Shown here: positions 13,357-25,187 of the stretch, in pieces
Layout: each line of letters starts with the position of its first letter
Position numbering within the stretch: the stretch's first letter is position 1
DNA from: Pristiophorus japonicus
Lineage: Eukaryota
Reading direction: 5' to 3'
NCBI RefSeq assembly: GCF_044704955.1
Contig: NW_027252691.1
Location: 62,001 to 126,000, forward strand
Length of the DNA: 64,000 bases
The notes under the pieces: model-generated
What the model saw: only the letters and a program-made list of their open reading frames with translations
Database searches by the model: none
What the model was told of the DNA's origin: nothing
Translations under genes and position numbers: made by a program

Positions 13357-16300
13357 GCGCACTATTACAGGGAGTGAATGGTGCCCTATTACAGGGGGTG
13401 AATGGAGCCTTAATACAGGGGCTGAATGGAGCCCTATTACAGGGGGTGAATGGAGCCCTATTACAGGGGGTGAATGGAGCCCTATTACAGGGGGTGAATG
13501 GTGCCCTATTACAGGGGGTGAATGGTGCCCTATTACAGTGGGTGAATGGTGCCCTATTACAGGAGGTAAATGGTGCCCTATTACAGGGGGTGAATGGTGC
13601 CCTATTACAGGGGGTGAATGGAGCCCTATTACAGGGGGGGAATGATGCCTTATTATAGGGGGTGAATGGTGCCCTATTACAGGGGGTGAATGGTGCCCTA
13701 TTACAGGGGGTGAATGGTGCCCGATTACAGGGGGTGAATGGTGCCCTATTACAGGGGGTGAATGGTGCCCTATTACAGGGGGTGAATGGTGCCCTATTAC
13801 AGGGGGTGAATGGAGCCCTATTACAGGGGGTGAATGGTGCCCTATTACAGGGGGTGAATGGTGCCCTATTACAGGGGGTGAACGGAGCCCTATTACAAGG
13901 GTGAATGGAGCCCGATAACAGGGGGTGAATGGAGCCCTATTACAGGGGGTGAATGGAGCCCTATTACAGGGGGTGAATGGTGCCCTATTACAGGAGGTGA
14001 ATGGTGCCCTATTACAGGGGGTGAATGGTGCCCTATTACAGGGGGTGAATGGTGCCCTATTACATGGGGTGAATGGTGCCCTATTACAGGGGGTGAATGG
14101 TGCCCTATTACAGGGGGTGAATGGTGCCCTATTACAGGGGGTGAATGGTGCCCTATTACAGGGGGTGAATGGTGCCCTATTACAGGGGGTGAATGGTGCC
14201 CTATTACAGGGGGTGAATGGTGCCCTATTACAGGAGGTGAATGGTGCCCTTTATAGGGGATGAATGGTGCCCTATTACAGGGGGTGAATGGTGCCCTATT
14301 ACAGGGGGTGAATGGTGCCCTATTACAGGGGGTGAATGGTGCCCTATTACAGGGGGTGAATGTGCCCTATTACAGGGGATGAATGGAGCCCTATTACAGG
14401 GGGTGAATGGAGCCCTATTACAGGGGGTGAATGGAGCCATATTACAGGGGGTGAATGGAGCCCTATTACAGGGGTTGAATGGTGCCCTATTACAGGGGGT
14501 GAATGGTGCCGTATTACAGGGGGTGAACAGTGCCCTATTACAGGGGGTGAACAGAGCCCTATTACAGGGGGTGAATGGTGCCCTATTACAGGGGGTGAAG
14601 TGTGCCCTATTACAGGGGGTGAATGGAGCCCTATTACAGGGGGTGAATGGAGCCCTATTACAGGGGGTGAATGGTGCCGTATTACAGGAGGTGAATGGTG
14701 CCCTATTACAGGGGGTGAATGGTGCCCTATTACAGGGGTGAATGGTGCCCTATTACAGGCGGTGAATGGCGCCCTATTACAGGGGGGAAATGGAGCCCTA
14801 TTACAGATGGTGAATGTGCCCTATTACAGGGGGGGAATAGTGCCCTATTACAGAGGGGGAATGGTGCCCTATTACAGGGGGGGAATGGAGCCCTATTACA
14901 GGCGGTGAATGGTGCCCTATTACAGGGGGGGAATGGTGCCCTATTACAGGGGGTGAATGTGCCCTATTACAGGGGGTGAATAGTGCCCTATTACAGGGGG
15001 TGAATGGTGCCCTATTACAGGGGGTGAATGGTGCCCTATTACAGGGGGTGAATGGTGCCCTATTACAGGGGGTGAATGGTGCCCTATTACAGGAGGTGAA
15101 TGGTGCCCTATTACAGGAGGTGAATGGTGCCCTATTACAGGGGGTGAATGGTGCCCTATTACAGGGGGTGAATGGTGCCCTATTACAGGGGGTGAATGGT
15201 GCCCTATTACAGGGGGTGAATGGTGCCCTATTACAGGGGGTGAATGGTGCCCTATTACAGGGGGTGAATGGAGCCCTATTACACGGGGTGAATGGTGCCC
15301 TATTACAGGGAGTGAATGGTGCCCTATTACAGGGGGTGAATGGAGCCCTATTACAGGGGGTGAATGGAGCCCTATTACAGGGAGTGAATGGTGCCCTATT
15401 ACAGGGGGTGAATGGAGCCCTATTACAGGGGGTGAATGGAGCCCTATTACAGGGGGTGAATGGTGCTCCATTACAGGAGGTGAATGGTGCCATATTACAG
15501 GAGGTGAATGGTGCACTATTACAGGGGGTGAATGGTGCACTATTACAGGGGGTGAATGGTGCCCTATTACAGGAGGTGAATGGTGCCCTATTACAGGGGG
15601 AATGGTGCCCTATTACAGGGGGGGAATGGTGCCCTATTACAGGGGGTGAATGGTGCCCTATTACAGGGGGTGAATGTGCCCTATTACAGGGGGAATGGTG
15701 CCCTATTACAGGGGGGGAATGGAGCCCTATTACAGGCGGTGAATGGCGCCCTATTACAGGGGGAGAATGAAGCCCTATTACAGAGGGTGAATGTGCCCTA
15801 TTACAGGGGGGGAATAGTGCCCTATTACAGGGGGGGAATGGTGCCCTATTACAGGGGGTGAATGGTGCCCTATTACAGGGGATGAATGTGCCCTATTACA
15901 GGGGGGGAATAGTGCCCTATTACAGGGAGGGAATGGTGCCCTATTACAGGGGGTGAATGGTGCCCTATTACAGGGGATGAATGTGCCCTATTACAGGGGA
16001 TGAATGTGCCCTATTACAGGGGGTGAATGGTGCCCTATTACAGGGGGTGAATGGTGCCCTATTACAGGGGGTGAATGGTGCCCTATTACAGGGGGTGAAT
16101 GGTGCCCTATTACAGGGGGTGAATGGTGCCCTATTACAGGGGGTGAATGGTGCCCTATTACAGGATGTGAATGGTGCCCTATTACAGGGTGTGAATGGTG
16201 CCCTATTACAGGGGGTGAATGGAGCCCTATTACAGGGGGTGAATGGAGCCCTATTACAGGGGGTGAATGGAGCCCTATTACAGGAGGTGAATGGTGCCCT

Positions 16301-16403
16301 ATTACAGGGGGTGAATGGTGCCCTATTACAGGGGGTGAATGTGCCCTATTACAGGGGGTGAATGTGCCCTATTACAGGGGGTGAATGGTGCACTATTACA
16401 GGG
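13357..16403. repeat. 24-bp minisatellite (ggtgccctattacagggggtgaat)n, ~125 copies
   Basis: Direct tandem units give VNGALLQG repeat pseudo-ORFs. Confidence 0.97.
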
Positions 16404-17620
16404 TTGCAGGGACCAAGGAGACCGGTGGGTTTGTGAACACAAACCTTTGAAGGGCAGCAGGACAAGTGGCCGAGATTTTTCAGTAAAAAGCACTCGGGAT
16501 CCTGGGCTTTATAAACCGAGGCGTAGAGCACAAAGGCAATGGAATTATTCCCCACAACCGCCGTAAATCACCGGCCATGCCCCAGCTGGTGGATTGTGGC
16601 GGATTGCCGGAGCCGCACTGGACCAAGGAATTCAAGGCCACGGAGCGACCGCAGGGGAGAGTTACTGAAATGGATGAGGGGCTTCAGTGACATGGGGCGA
16701 CCACAGAAGCTGGGATTGTTCTCCTTCTGTACAGCAGAGAAGGTTCAGGGGGGAATGTAATGGATGTGTCCCACACACCGTGAGCTGTACCCTCCCTCTG
16801 TGTACACTCTATCCCCACACACCGTGGGCTGTACCCTCCCTCTGTGTACACTCTATCCCCACACACACTGTGGCTGTACCCCCTCCCTCTGTGTACACTC
16901 TATCCCCATATACACCGTGCGCTGTACCCCCTCCCTCTGTGTACACTCTATCCCCACACACCGTGGGCTGTACCCTCCCTCTGTGTACACTCTATCCCCA
17001 CACACACTGTGGCTGTACCCCCTCCCTCTGTGTACACTCTATCCCCATATACACCGTGCGCTGTACCCCCTCCCTCTGTGTACACTCTATCCCCACACAC
17101 CGTGGGCTGTACCCTCCCTCTGTGTACACTTTATCCCCACAAACACCGTGGGCTGTACCCTCCCTCTGCATGCACTCTATCCCCATATACACCGTGCACT
17201 GTACCCCCTCCCTCTGTGTACACTCTATCCCCACACACACCGTGGGCTGTACCCTCCCTCTGTGTACACTCTATCCCCACACACACCGTGGGGGAATGTA
17301 ATGGATGTGTGCCAGATTGTGAGGGTTTCAGTGGATGGGGGAAACTGTTGCCACTGCCGGGAGGGTGGGTGGCCAGAGGTCACAGATAGAATTCAATTGG
17401 CAAAAAATCCAGGGGGAAGATGAGGAATTTAGCAAAAAAAATGTTGTTATACCCTCAGCGGCAAGCTAAGATCTGGAATGCAGTGTCTGGGAGAGGGGGT
17501 GGGAGCAGACTTAATCATGTTTTTCCAAAGGGAATTGGATAAATACTTGAATCGGGAAAATCTGCAGGGCTTTGGGGAAAGAGCGGGGGGGGAGTGGGAA
17601 TAATGTGATACCTCGGATAT
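16403..17620 (+). mobile_element. degraded CR1 LINE 3' fragment interrupted by a minisatellite insertion
   Basis: Remnants include cccagctgg, gagaaggttcaggggg, ggaattggataaatacttgaa and gggctttggggaaagagcggggg. Confidence 0.65.
16770..17289. repeat. second copy of the ~43-bp minisatellite, flanked by a 21-bp direct duplication
   Basis: The unit is the same as at 3612-5803. gggggaatgtaatggatgtgt occurs at both 16749-16769 and 17290-17310. Confidence 0.9.
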
Positions 17621-17639
17621 TGCTGGTACAGGCGCGAGA

Positions 17640-18975
17640 GGGTGGGGGGGAAGGGGAGAGGAAGGGGAGTGTGTGTGTGGGGGGGGGGAGGGGGAGTGTG
17701 TGGGGTGGGGGAGTGTGTGGGGATGGGGGGGAGGGGTGTTGGGAGTGTGTGTGTGTGTGGGGGGGGAGGGGAGTGTGTGGGAAGGGGGGGAAGTGTGTGG
17801 GTGGGGGGGGGGGGAGTGTGTGTGCCGGGGGGGAGGGGGAGTGTGTGGGGATGGGGGGAGGGGTGTTGGGAGTGTGTGTGGATGGGGGGAGGGGACGGGG
17901 AGTGTGTGGTGAGGGGGCTAGTGTGTGGGGAGGGGGGGGAGTGTGTGGGGATGGGAGGGGAGAGGGGGGGGAGTGTGTGGGGAGGGGGGGACGTGTGTGG
18001 GGTGTGTGTGTGGGGGGGGGGAGTGTGTGTGCCGGGTGGGGGAGGGGGGAGTGTGTGGGGATGGGGGAGGGGTGTTGGGAGTGTGTGTGGATGGGGGGAG
18101 GGGACGGGGAATGTGTGGTGAGGGGGTTAGTGTGTGGGGAGGGGAGGGGGGGAGTGTGTGGGGAGGGGGGGGGATGGGGGGGAGAGGGGGAGTGTGTGGG
18201 GTGGGGGGAATGTGTGGGGAGGGGGGGGAGTGCGTGGGGAGGGGAGGGGAATGTGTGGGGAGGGGGGGAATGTGTGGGGAGGGGGGGGGAGTGTGTGGGG
18301 AGGGGGTGGGAGTGTGTGGGGATGGGGGGGAGAGGGGGGAGTGTGTGGGGAGGGGGGGGAGTATGTGGGGAGGGGGGTAGTGTGTGGGAAGGGGGGGAGT
18401 GTGTGGGAAGGGGGGAGTGTGTGGGGAGAGGGGGGAGTGTGTGGGGAGGGGGGGGAGTGCGTGGGGAGGGGGAGGGGAGTGTGTGGGGATGGGGGGAGAG
18501 GGGGGAGTGTGTGGGGAGAGGGGGAGTGTGTGGGGATGGGGGGAGAGGGGTGAGTGTGTGGGGAGAGGGGGGAGTGTGTGGGGAGGGGGGGTAGAGTGTG
18601 TGGGGAGGGGGGGGGAGTGTGTGGGGAGGGGGGGGAGTGTGTGGGGAGGGGGGGTAGAGTGTGTGGGGAGGGGGGGTAGAGTGTGTGGGGAGGAAGGGGG
18701 GAGTGTGTGGGGAGGTGGGGGGAGTGTGTGGGGAGGGGGGGGCAGTGTATGGGGAGGGGGGGAGTGTGTGGGGAGGGGGGGAGTGTGTGGGGAGGGGGGG
18801 GAGTGTGTGGGGAGGGGTGGGGAGTGTGTGGGGAGGGGGTGGGAGTGTGTGGGGAGGGGGGGGGAGTGTGTGTGGGGATGGGGGGGAGAGGGGGGAGTGT
18901 GTGGGGAGAGCGGGGAGTGTGTGGGGAGAGGGGGGAGTGTGTGGGGAGGGGGGAGTGCGTGGGGAGGGGGAGGGG
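17640..18975. repeat. G-rich low-complexity repeat (gggggagtgtgtggggag)n
   Basis: Dense G runs on the + strand, prone to G-quadruplex formation. Confidence 0.93.
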
Positions 18976-19312
18976 ACACGAGCGAGGACCCAATGGGCGG
19001 TATGACATCAGTCACCCGTTACACACTTTCATTGACTTTAGACCCGAATATCGGGCGTGTCATATCACGGGCGGTAGAGGCGATTCCGATGACATTACGT
19101 CTCCGCCCATTGTCCAATTTCAGGTGATTTCTCATTGCCCTGTATTGTGCCACCATCAGCACCGCTGGTGTCCCGGGGATAGAGTGTGGGGCACAGGGCT
19201 CCGTATCGCTTCTATTGCCCAACAGCCTCCCACATTGCTGGTGACATTTCCTCGTCCAGTTTCACCCCCGACACCAGTGCAGTTTTAAATAGCCAATCAT
19301 GTCTGTACTCAC

Positions 19313-19633
19313 TTTTAGGTCCAGGTTCTGGGGTCTGAGCCACCACCATTTCACTGTCCTTGTACCCCGCCTTGCAGTAGTAGACCCGATTAGTTTCCCA
19401 ATCTGCTGCAGAGACTTTGAGCACACTGCTCATCGTGTACGCCATATTTTGCCCCAAGACAGCCGGATACTTCTTCACTCCAGTCGTGATGTCCGCACCA
19501 TTAGTGGACCATGTCTGAATGATGCTCTTGGGCTGAAAGTCTTTGACCAGGCACAGGAAGGTGATCCCATCTTGGTTGGAGTTGCTGCCACAGGAAGGGT
19601 TGGCGATGTAGACAGATGGTTTGGACTGAACAA
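19313..19633 (-). CDS. IGHW: Ig heavy-chain constant exon CH1 (C1-set), IgW-like
   Basis: Acceptor cttccAG and donor GTGAG bound a 321-nt phase 1-1 exon that is in frame with JH. It reads [35 protein letters not shown]...TWS...KYPAVL...[25 protein letters not shown]. The extra N-terminal Cys (PSC) is typical of a light-chain-bonding CH1. Confidence 0.9.
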
Positions 19634-19783
19634 CTGGAAGGTAAATAGGTGCACACAGATAAGTCCAGTAAACAAAGTGCATGACAGGCACACACAGCAG
19701 GAGAGATTGTGTTGTGTATAACACCAGCCATTTCCCCAAACAGTTACACTGCGACACAACCAGCTTACAGTTGTATTGTGGCT

Positions 19784-20215
19784 CATAGAAACATAGAAAC
19801 ATAGAAATTAGGTGCAGGAGCAGGTCATTCGGCCCTTCGAGCCTGCACCGCCTTCAATAAGATCATGACTGATCATGCAACCTCAGTACCTCTTTCCTGC
19901 TTTCTCTCCATACCCCTTGATCCCTTGAGCCGTAAGGGCCATATCTAACGAACTGGCATCAACAACTTTCTACGGTTGCGAATTCCACAGGTTAACCACT
20001 CTGAGTGAAGCTGTTTCTCCTCATCTCGGTCCTAAATGGTTTCCCCTTATTCTTAGAGAGTGACCCCTGGTTCTGGAACTACCCAGCAATGGGAACATTC
20101 TTCCTGCCTCGAACCTGTCTAATCCCGTCAGAAATTTATATGTTTCTATGAGATCCCCTCTCATTCTTCTAAACTCCAGTGGATACAAGCCCAGTTGATC
20201 CAGTCTCTCCTCGTA
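19784..20215 (-). mobile_element. CR1 LINE 3' end
   Basis: A (catagaaa)n tail and a 3' UTR matching the other copies in the window. Confidence 0.88.
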
Positions 20216-20337
20216 TGGCTCAGTTGGGAATCATGGTATCATTCTCAGCTCAGTGTCAGAAGGTAGTGGGTTCAAGCCCGCTCCAGATCCTTGAGCCCAT
20301 CATCCAGGCTGATACTCCAGTGCAGTGCTGAGGGAGT
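20216..20337 (+). mobile_element. 5' fragment of tRNA-derived DeuSINE (SacSINE1-like)
   Basis: ggctcagttgg...gggttcaagcccgctccag...gctgatactccagtgcagtgctgagggagtg matches the head of the copy at 30820. Confidence 0.7.
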
Positions 20338-20611
20338 GATTAATGCAGTGACATTGATTTGGAGATTAACGCAGTGACATTGATTGGGAGATTAACGCAG
20401 TGACATTGATTGGGAGATTAACGCAGTGACATTGATTGGGAGATTAACGCTGTGACATTGATTGGGAGATTAACGCAGTGACATTGATTGGGAGATTAAC
20501 GCACTGACATTGATTGGGGGATTAATGCAGTGACATTGATTGGGAGATTAATGCAGTGACATTGATTGGGGGATTAACGCAGTGACATTGATTGGGAGAT
20601 TAACGCACTGA
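20338..20611. repeat. 26-bp minisatellite (attgattgggagattaatgcactgac)n, block 1
   Basis: Tandem units that continue at 22138 and 24722 after LINE insertions. Confidence 0.92.
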
Positions 20612-22139
20612 CAATTATAGCAGATGCATTCGTTATAATCGACCAAAATTCTCTGGACTCTGGGGAGGTACCAGCGGATTGGAAAGCAGCTAATGTAACG
20701 CCTCTGTTTAAAAAAGGGGGCAGACAAAAGGCAGGTAACTATAGGCCAGTTAATTTAACATCTGTAGTGAGGAAAATGCTTGAAACCATCATTAAGGAAG
20801 AAATAGCAGGACATCTAGATAGGAATAGTGCAATCAAGCAGACGCAACATGGATTCATGAAGGGGAAATCATGTTTAACTAATTTACTTCTTTGAGGATA
20901 TAACGAGCATGGTGGATAGAGGTGTACCGATGGATGTGGTGTATTTAGATTTCCAAAAGGCATTCGATAAGGTGCCACACAAAAGGTTACTGCAGAAGAT
21001 AAAGGTACGCGGAGTCAGAGGAAATATATTAGCATGGATCGAGAATTGGCTGGCTAACAGAAAGCAGAGAGTCAGGATAAATGGGTCCTTTTCAGGTTGG
21101 AAATTGGTGGTTAGTGGTGTGCCACAGGGATCGGTGCTGGGACCACAACTGTTTACAATATACATAGATGACCTGGAAGAGGGGACAGAGTGTAGCGCAA
21201 CAAAATTTGCAGATGACACAAAGATTAGTGGGAAAGCGGGTTGTGTAGAGGACACAGAGGCTGCAAAGAGATTGAGATAGGTTAAGCGAATGGGCTAATG
21301 TTTGCCAGATGGAATACAATGTCGTAAAATGTGAGGTCATCCACCTTGGAAAACAAAACATTAAAAGGGAATATTATTTGAATGGGGAGAAATTGCAACA
21401 TACTGCGGTGCAGAGGGACCTGGGGGTCCTTGTGCATGAATCCCAAAAAGTTAGTTTGCAGGTGCAGCAGGTAATCAGGAAGGCGAATGGAATGTTGGCC
21501 TTCATTGCGAGAGGGATGGAGTACAAAAGCAGGGAGGTCCTGCTGCAACTGTACAGGGTATTGGTGAGGCCGCACCTGGAGTACTGCGTGCAGTTTTGGT
21601 CACCTTACTTAAGGAAGGATATACTAGCTTTGGAGGGGGTACAGAGACGATTCACTCGGCTGATTCCGGAGATGAGGGGGTTACCTTATGATGATAGATT
21701 GAGTAGACTGGGTCTTTAATCGTTGGAGTTCAGAAGGATGAGGGGTGATCTTATAGAAACATTTAAAAAAATGAAAGGGATAGACAAGATAAGAGGCAGA
21801 GAGGTTGTTTCCACTGGTCGGGGAGACTAGAACTAGGGGGCACAGCCTCAAAATACAGGGGAGCCAATTTAAAACTGAGTTGAGAAGGAATTTCTTCTCC
21901 CAGAGGGTTGTGAACCTGTGGAATTCTCTGCACAAGGAAGCAGTTGAGGCTAGCTCATTGAATGTATTCAAATCACAGATAGATAGATTTTTAACCAATA
22001 AGGGAATTAAGGGTTACGGGGAGCGGGCGGGTAAGTGGAACTGAGTCCACGGCCAGATCAGCCATGATCTTGTTGAATGGTGGAGCAGGCTCGAGGGGCT
22101 AGATGGCCTACTCCTGTTCCTAATTCTTATGTTCTTATG
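20612..22139 (+). mobile_element. CR1 LINE, 5'-truncated and frameshifted
   Basis: ORFs carry [23 protein letters not shown] and KFADDTK, followed by a (ttcttatg)n tail. Confidence 0.93.
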
Positions 22140-22752
22140 ATTGGGAGATTAATGCACTGACATTGATTGGGAGATTAATGCGCTGACATTGATTGGGAGA
22201 TTAATGCGGTGACACTGATTGGGAGATTAGTGCACTGATATTGATTGGGAGATTAATGCACTGACATTGATTGGGCGATTAATGCGGTGACACTGATTGG
22301 GAGATTAGTGCACTGATATTGATTGGGAGATTAATGCGCTGACATTGATTGGGAGATTAATGCGGTGACACTGATTGGGAGATTAGTGCACTGATATTGA
22401 TTGGGAGATTAATGCACTGACATTGATTGGGCGATTAATGCGGTGACACTGATTGGGAGATTAGTGCACTGATATTGATTGGGAGATTAATGCACTGACA
22501 TTGATTGGGAGATTAATGCGGTGACACTGATTGGGAGATTAGTGCACTGATATTGATTGGGAGATTAATGCACTGACATTGATTGGGCGATTAATGCGGT
22601 GACACTGATTGGGAGATTAGTGCACTGATATTGATTGGGAGATTAATGCACTGACATTGATTGGGAGATTAATGCACTGACATTGATTGGGAGATTAATG
22701 CACTGACATTGATTGGGAGATTAATGCAGTGACAGTGATTGGGAGATTAATG
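22138..22752. repeat. 26-bp minisatellite, block 2
   Basis: Same unit as block 1. Confidence 0.92.
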
Positions 22753-24721
22753 GAAACATAGAAACATAGAAAATAGGTGCAGGAGTAGGCCATTCAGCCC
22801 TTCTAGCCTGCACCGCCATTCAATGAGTTCATGGCTGAACATGCAACTTCAGTACAACATTCCTGCTTTCTCGCCATAACCCTTGATCCCCCGAGTAGTA
22901 AGGACTACATCTAACTCCTTTTTGAATATATTTAGTGAATTGGCCTCAACAACTTTCTGTGTTAGAGAATTCCACAGGTTCACCACTCTCTGGGTGAAGA
23001 AGTTTCTCCTCATCTCGGTCCTAAATGGCTTACCCCTTATCCTTAGACTGTGACCCCTGGTTCTGGACTTCCCCAACATTGGGAACATTCTTCCTGCATC
23101 TAACCTGTCTGAACCCATCAGAATTTTAAACGTTTCTATGAGGTCCCCTCTCATTCTTCTGGACTCCAGTGAATACAAGCCCAGTTGATCCAGTCTTTCT
23201 TGATAGGTCAGTCCCGCCATCCCGGGAATCAGTCTGGTGAACCTTCGCTGCACTCCCTCGATAGCAAGAATGTCCTTCCTCAAGTTAGGAGACCAAAACT
23301 GTACACAATACTCCAGGTGTGGCCTCACCAAGGCCCTGTACAACTGTAGCAACACCTCCCTGCCCCTGTACTCAAATCCCCTCGCTATGAAGGCCAACAT
23401 GCTATTTGCTTTCTTAACCGCCTGCTGTACCTGCATACCAACCTTCAATGACTGATGTACCATGACACCCAGGTCTCGTTGCACCTCCCCTTTTCCTAAT
23501 CTGTCACCATTCAGATAATACTCTGTCTCTCTGTTTTTAACCACCGAAGTGGATAACCTCACATTTATCCACATTATACTTCATCTGCCATGCATTTGCC
23601 CACTCACCAAACCTATCCAAGTCACTCTGCAGCCTCATAGCATCCTCCTCGCAGCTCACACTGCCACCTAACTTAGTGTCATCCGCAAATTTGGAGATAC
23701 TACATTTAATCCCCTCGTCTAAATCATTAATGTACAGTGTAAACAGCTGGGGCCCCAGCACAGAACCTTGCGGTACCCCACTAGTCACTGCCTGCCATTC
23801 TGAAAAGTCCCCATTTACTCCTACTCTTTGCTTCCTGTCTGACAACCAGTTCTCAATCCATGTCAGCACACTACCCCCAATCCCATGTGCTTTAACTTTG
23901 CACATTAATCTCTTGTGTGGGACCTTGTCGAAAGCCTTCTGAAAGTCCAAATATACCACATCAACTGGTTCTCCCTTGTCCACTCAACTGGAAACATCCT
24001 CAAAAAGTTCCAGAAGATTTGTCAAGCATGATTTCCCTTTCACAAATCCATGCTGACTTGGACCTATCATGTCACCTCTTTCCAAATGCGCTGCTTTGAC
24101 ATCCTTAATAATTGATTCCATCATTTTACCCACTACGGAAGTCAGGCTGACCGGTCTATAATTCCCTGTTTTCTCTCTCCGTCCTTTTTTAAAAAGTGGG
24201 GTTACATTGGCTACACTCCACTCGATAGGAACTGATCCAGAGTCAATGGAATGTTGGAAAATGACTATCAATGCATCCACTATTTCCAAGGCCACCTCCT
24301 TAAGTACTGTGGGATGCAGTCCACCAGGCTCTGGGGATTTATCGGCCTTCAATCCCATCAATTTCCCCAACACAATTTCCCAACTAATAAGGATTTCCCT
24401 CAGTTCCTCCTCCTTACTAGACCCTCTGACCCCTTTTATATCCGGAAGGTTGTTTGTGTCCTCCTTAGTGAATACTGAACCAAAGTACTTGTTCAATTGG
24501 TCTGCCATTTCTTTGTTCCCCGTTATGACTTCCCCTGATTCTGACTGCAGGGGACCTACATTTGTCTTTACTAACCTTTTTCTCTTTACATATCTATAGA
24601 AACCTTTGCAATCCGTCTTAATGTTCCCTGCAAGCTTCTTCTCGAACTCCATTTTCCCTGCCCAAATCAAAACCTTTGTCATCCTCTGCTGATTTCTAAA
24701 TTGCTCCCAATCCCCGAGTTC
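22753..24721 (-). mobile_element. CR1 LINE, 5'-truncated
   Basis: RT ORFs at 22849-23574, 23537-23983 and 23984-24682, plus a catagaaa tail. Confidence 0.93.
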
Positions 24722-25187
24722 GCACTGACATCGATTGGGAGATTAATGCACTGATGTTGATTGGGAGATTAATGCGCTGACATTGATTGGGTATTAATGC
24801 ACTGACATTGATTGGGAGATTAATGCGCTGACAATGATTGGGAGATTAATGCACTGACATTGATTGGGATATAATGCACTGACGTTCATTGAGAGATTAA
24901 TGCGATGACATTGATTGGGAGACTAATGCACTGACATTGATTGGGAGATTAATGCACTGACATTGATTGGGAGATTAATGCGCTGACATTGATTGGGTAT
25001 TAATGCGCTGACATTGATTGGGTGATTAATGCGATGACATTGATTGGGGGATTAATGCACTGACATTGATTGGGAGATTAGTGCACTGACATTGATTGGG
25101 AGATTAATGCGCTGACATTGATTGGGAGATTAATGCACTGACATTGATTGGGAGATTAGTGCACTGAACAGTGATTGGGAGATTAAT
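24722..25187. repeat. 26-bp minisatellite, block 3
   Basis: Same unit as block 1. Confidence 0.92.

Noticed and set aside
8125-13362. Very long ORFs (993, 1203 and 744 aa)
   Set aside because: They are translations of a stop-free 39-bp minisatellite, are open in several frames on both strands, and lie inside an Ig intron.
13213-13362. Unique spacer translating to ...PIDTIYYC, resembling the end of a V domain
   Set aside because: It has no first Cys or Trp framework and no RSS, and the Cys codon comes from the adjacent repeat.
17572-19288. Gly-rich and Pro/His-rich ORFs
   Set aside because: Low-complexity G-run repeat.
7411-19633. Assignment as IgM, IgNAR or TCR
   Set aside because: The WGxG J excludes TCR and light chain. 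The light-chain-bonding Cys in CH1 and the two-D layout argue against IgNAR. The CH1 and CH2 sequences resemble IgW more than IgM as I recall them; BLAST is needed to confirm.
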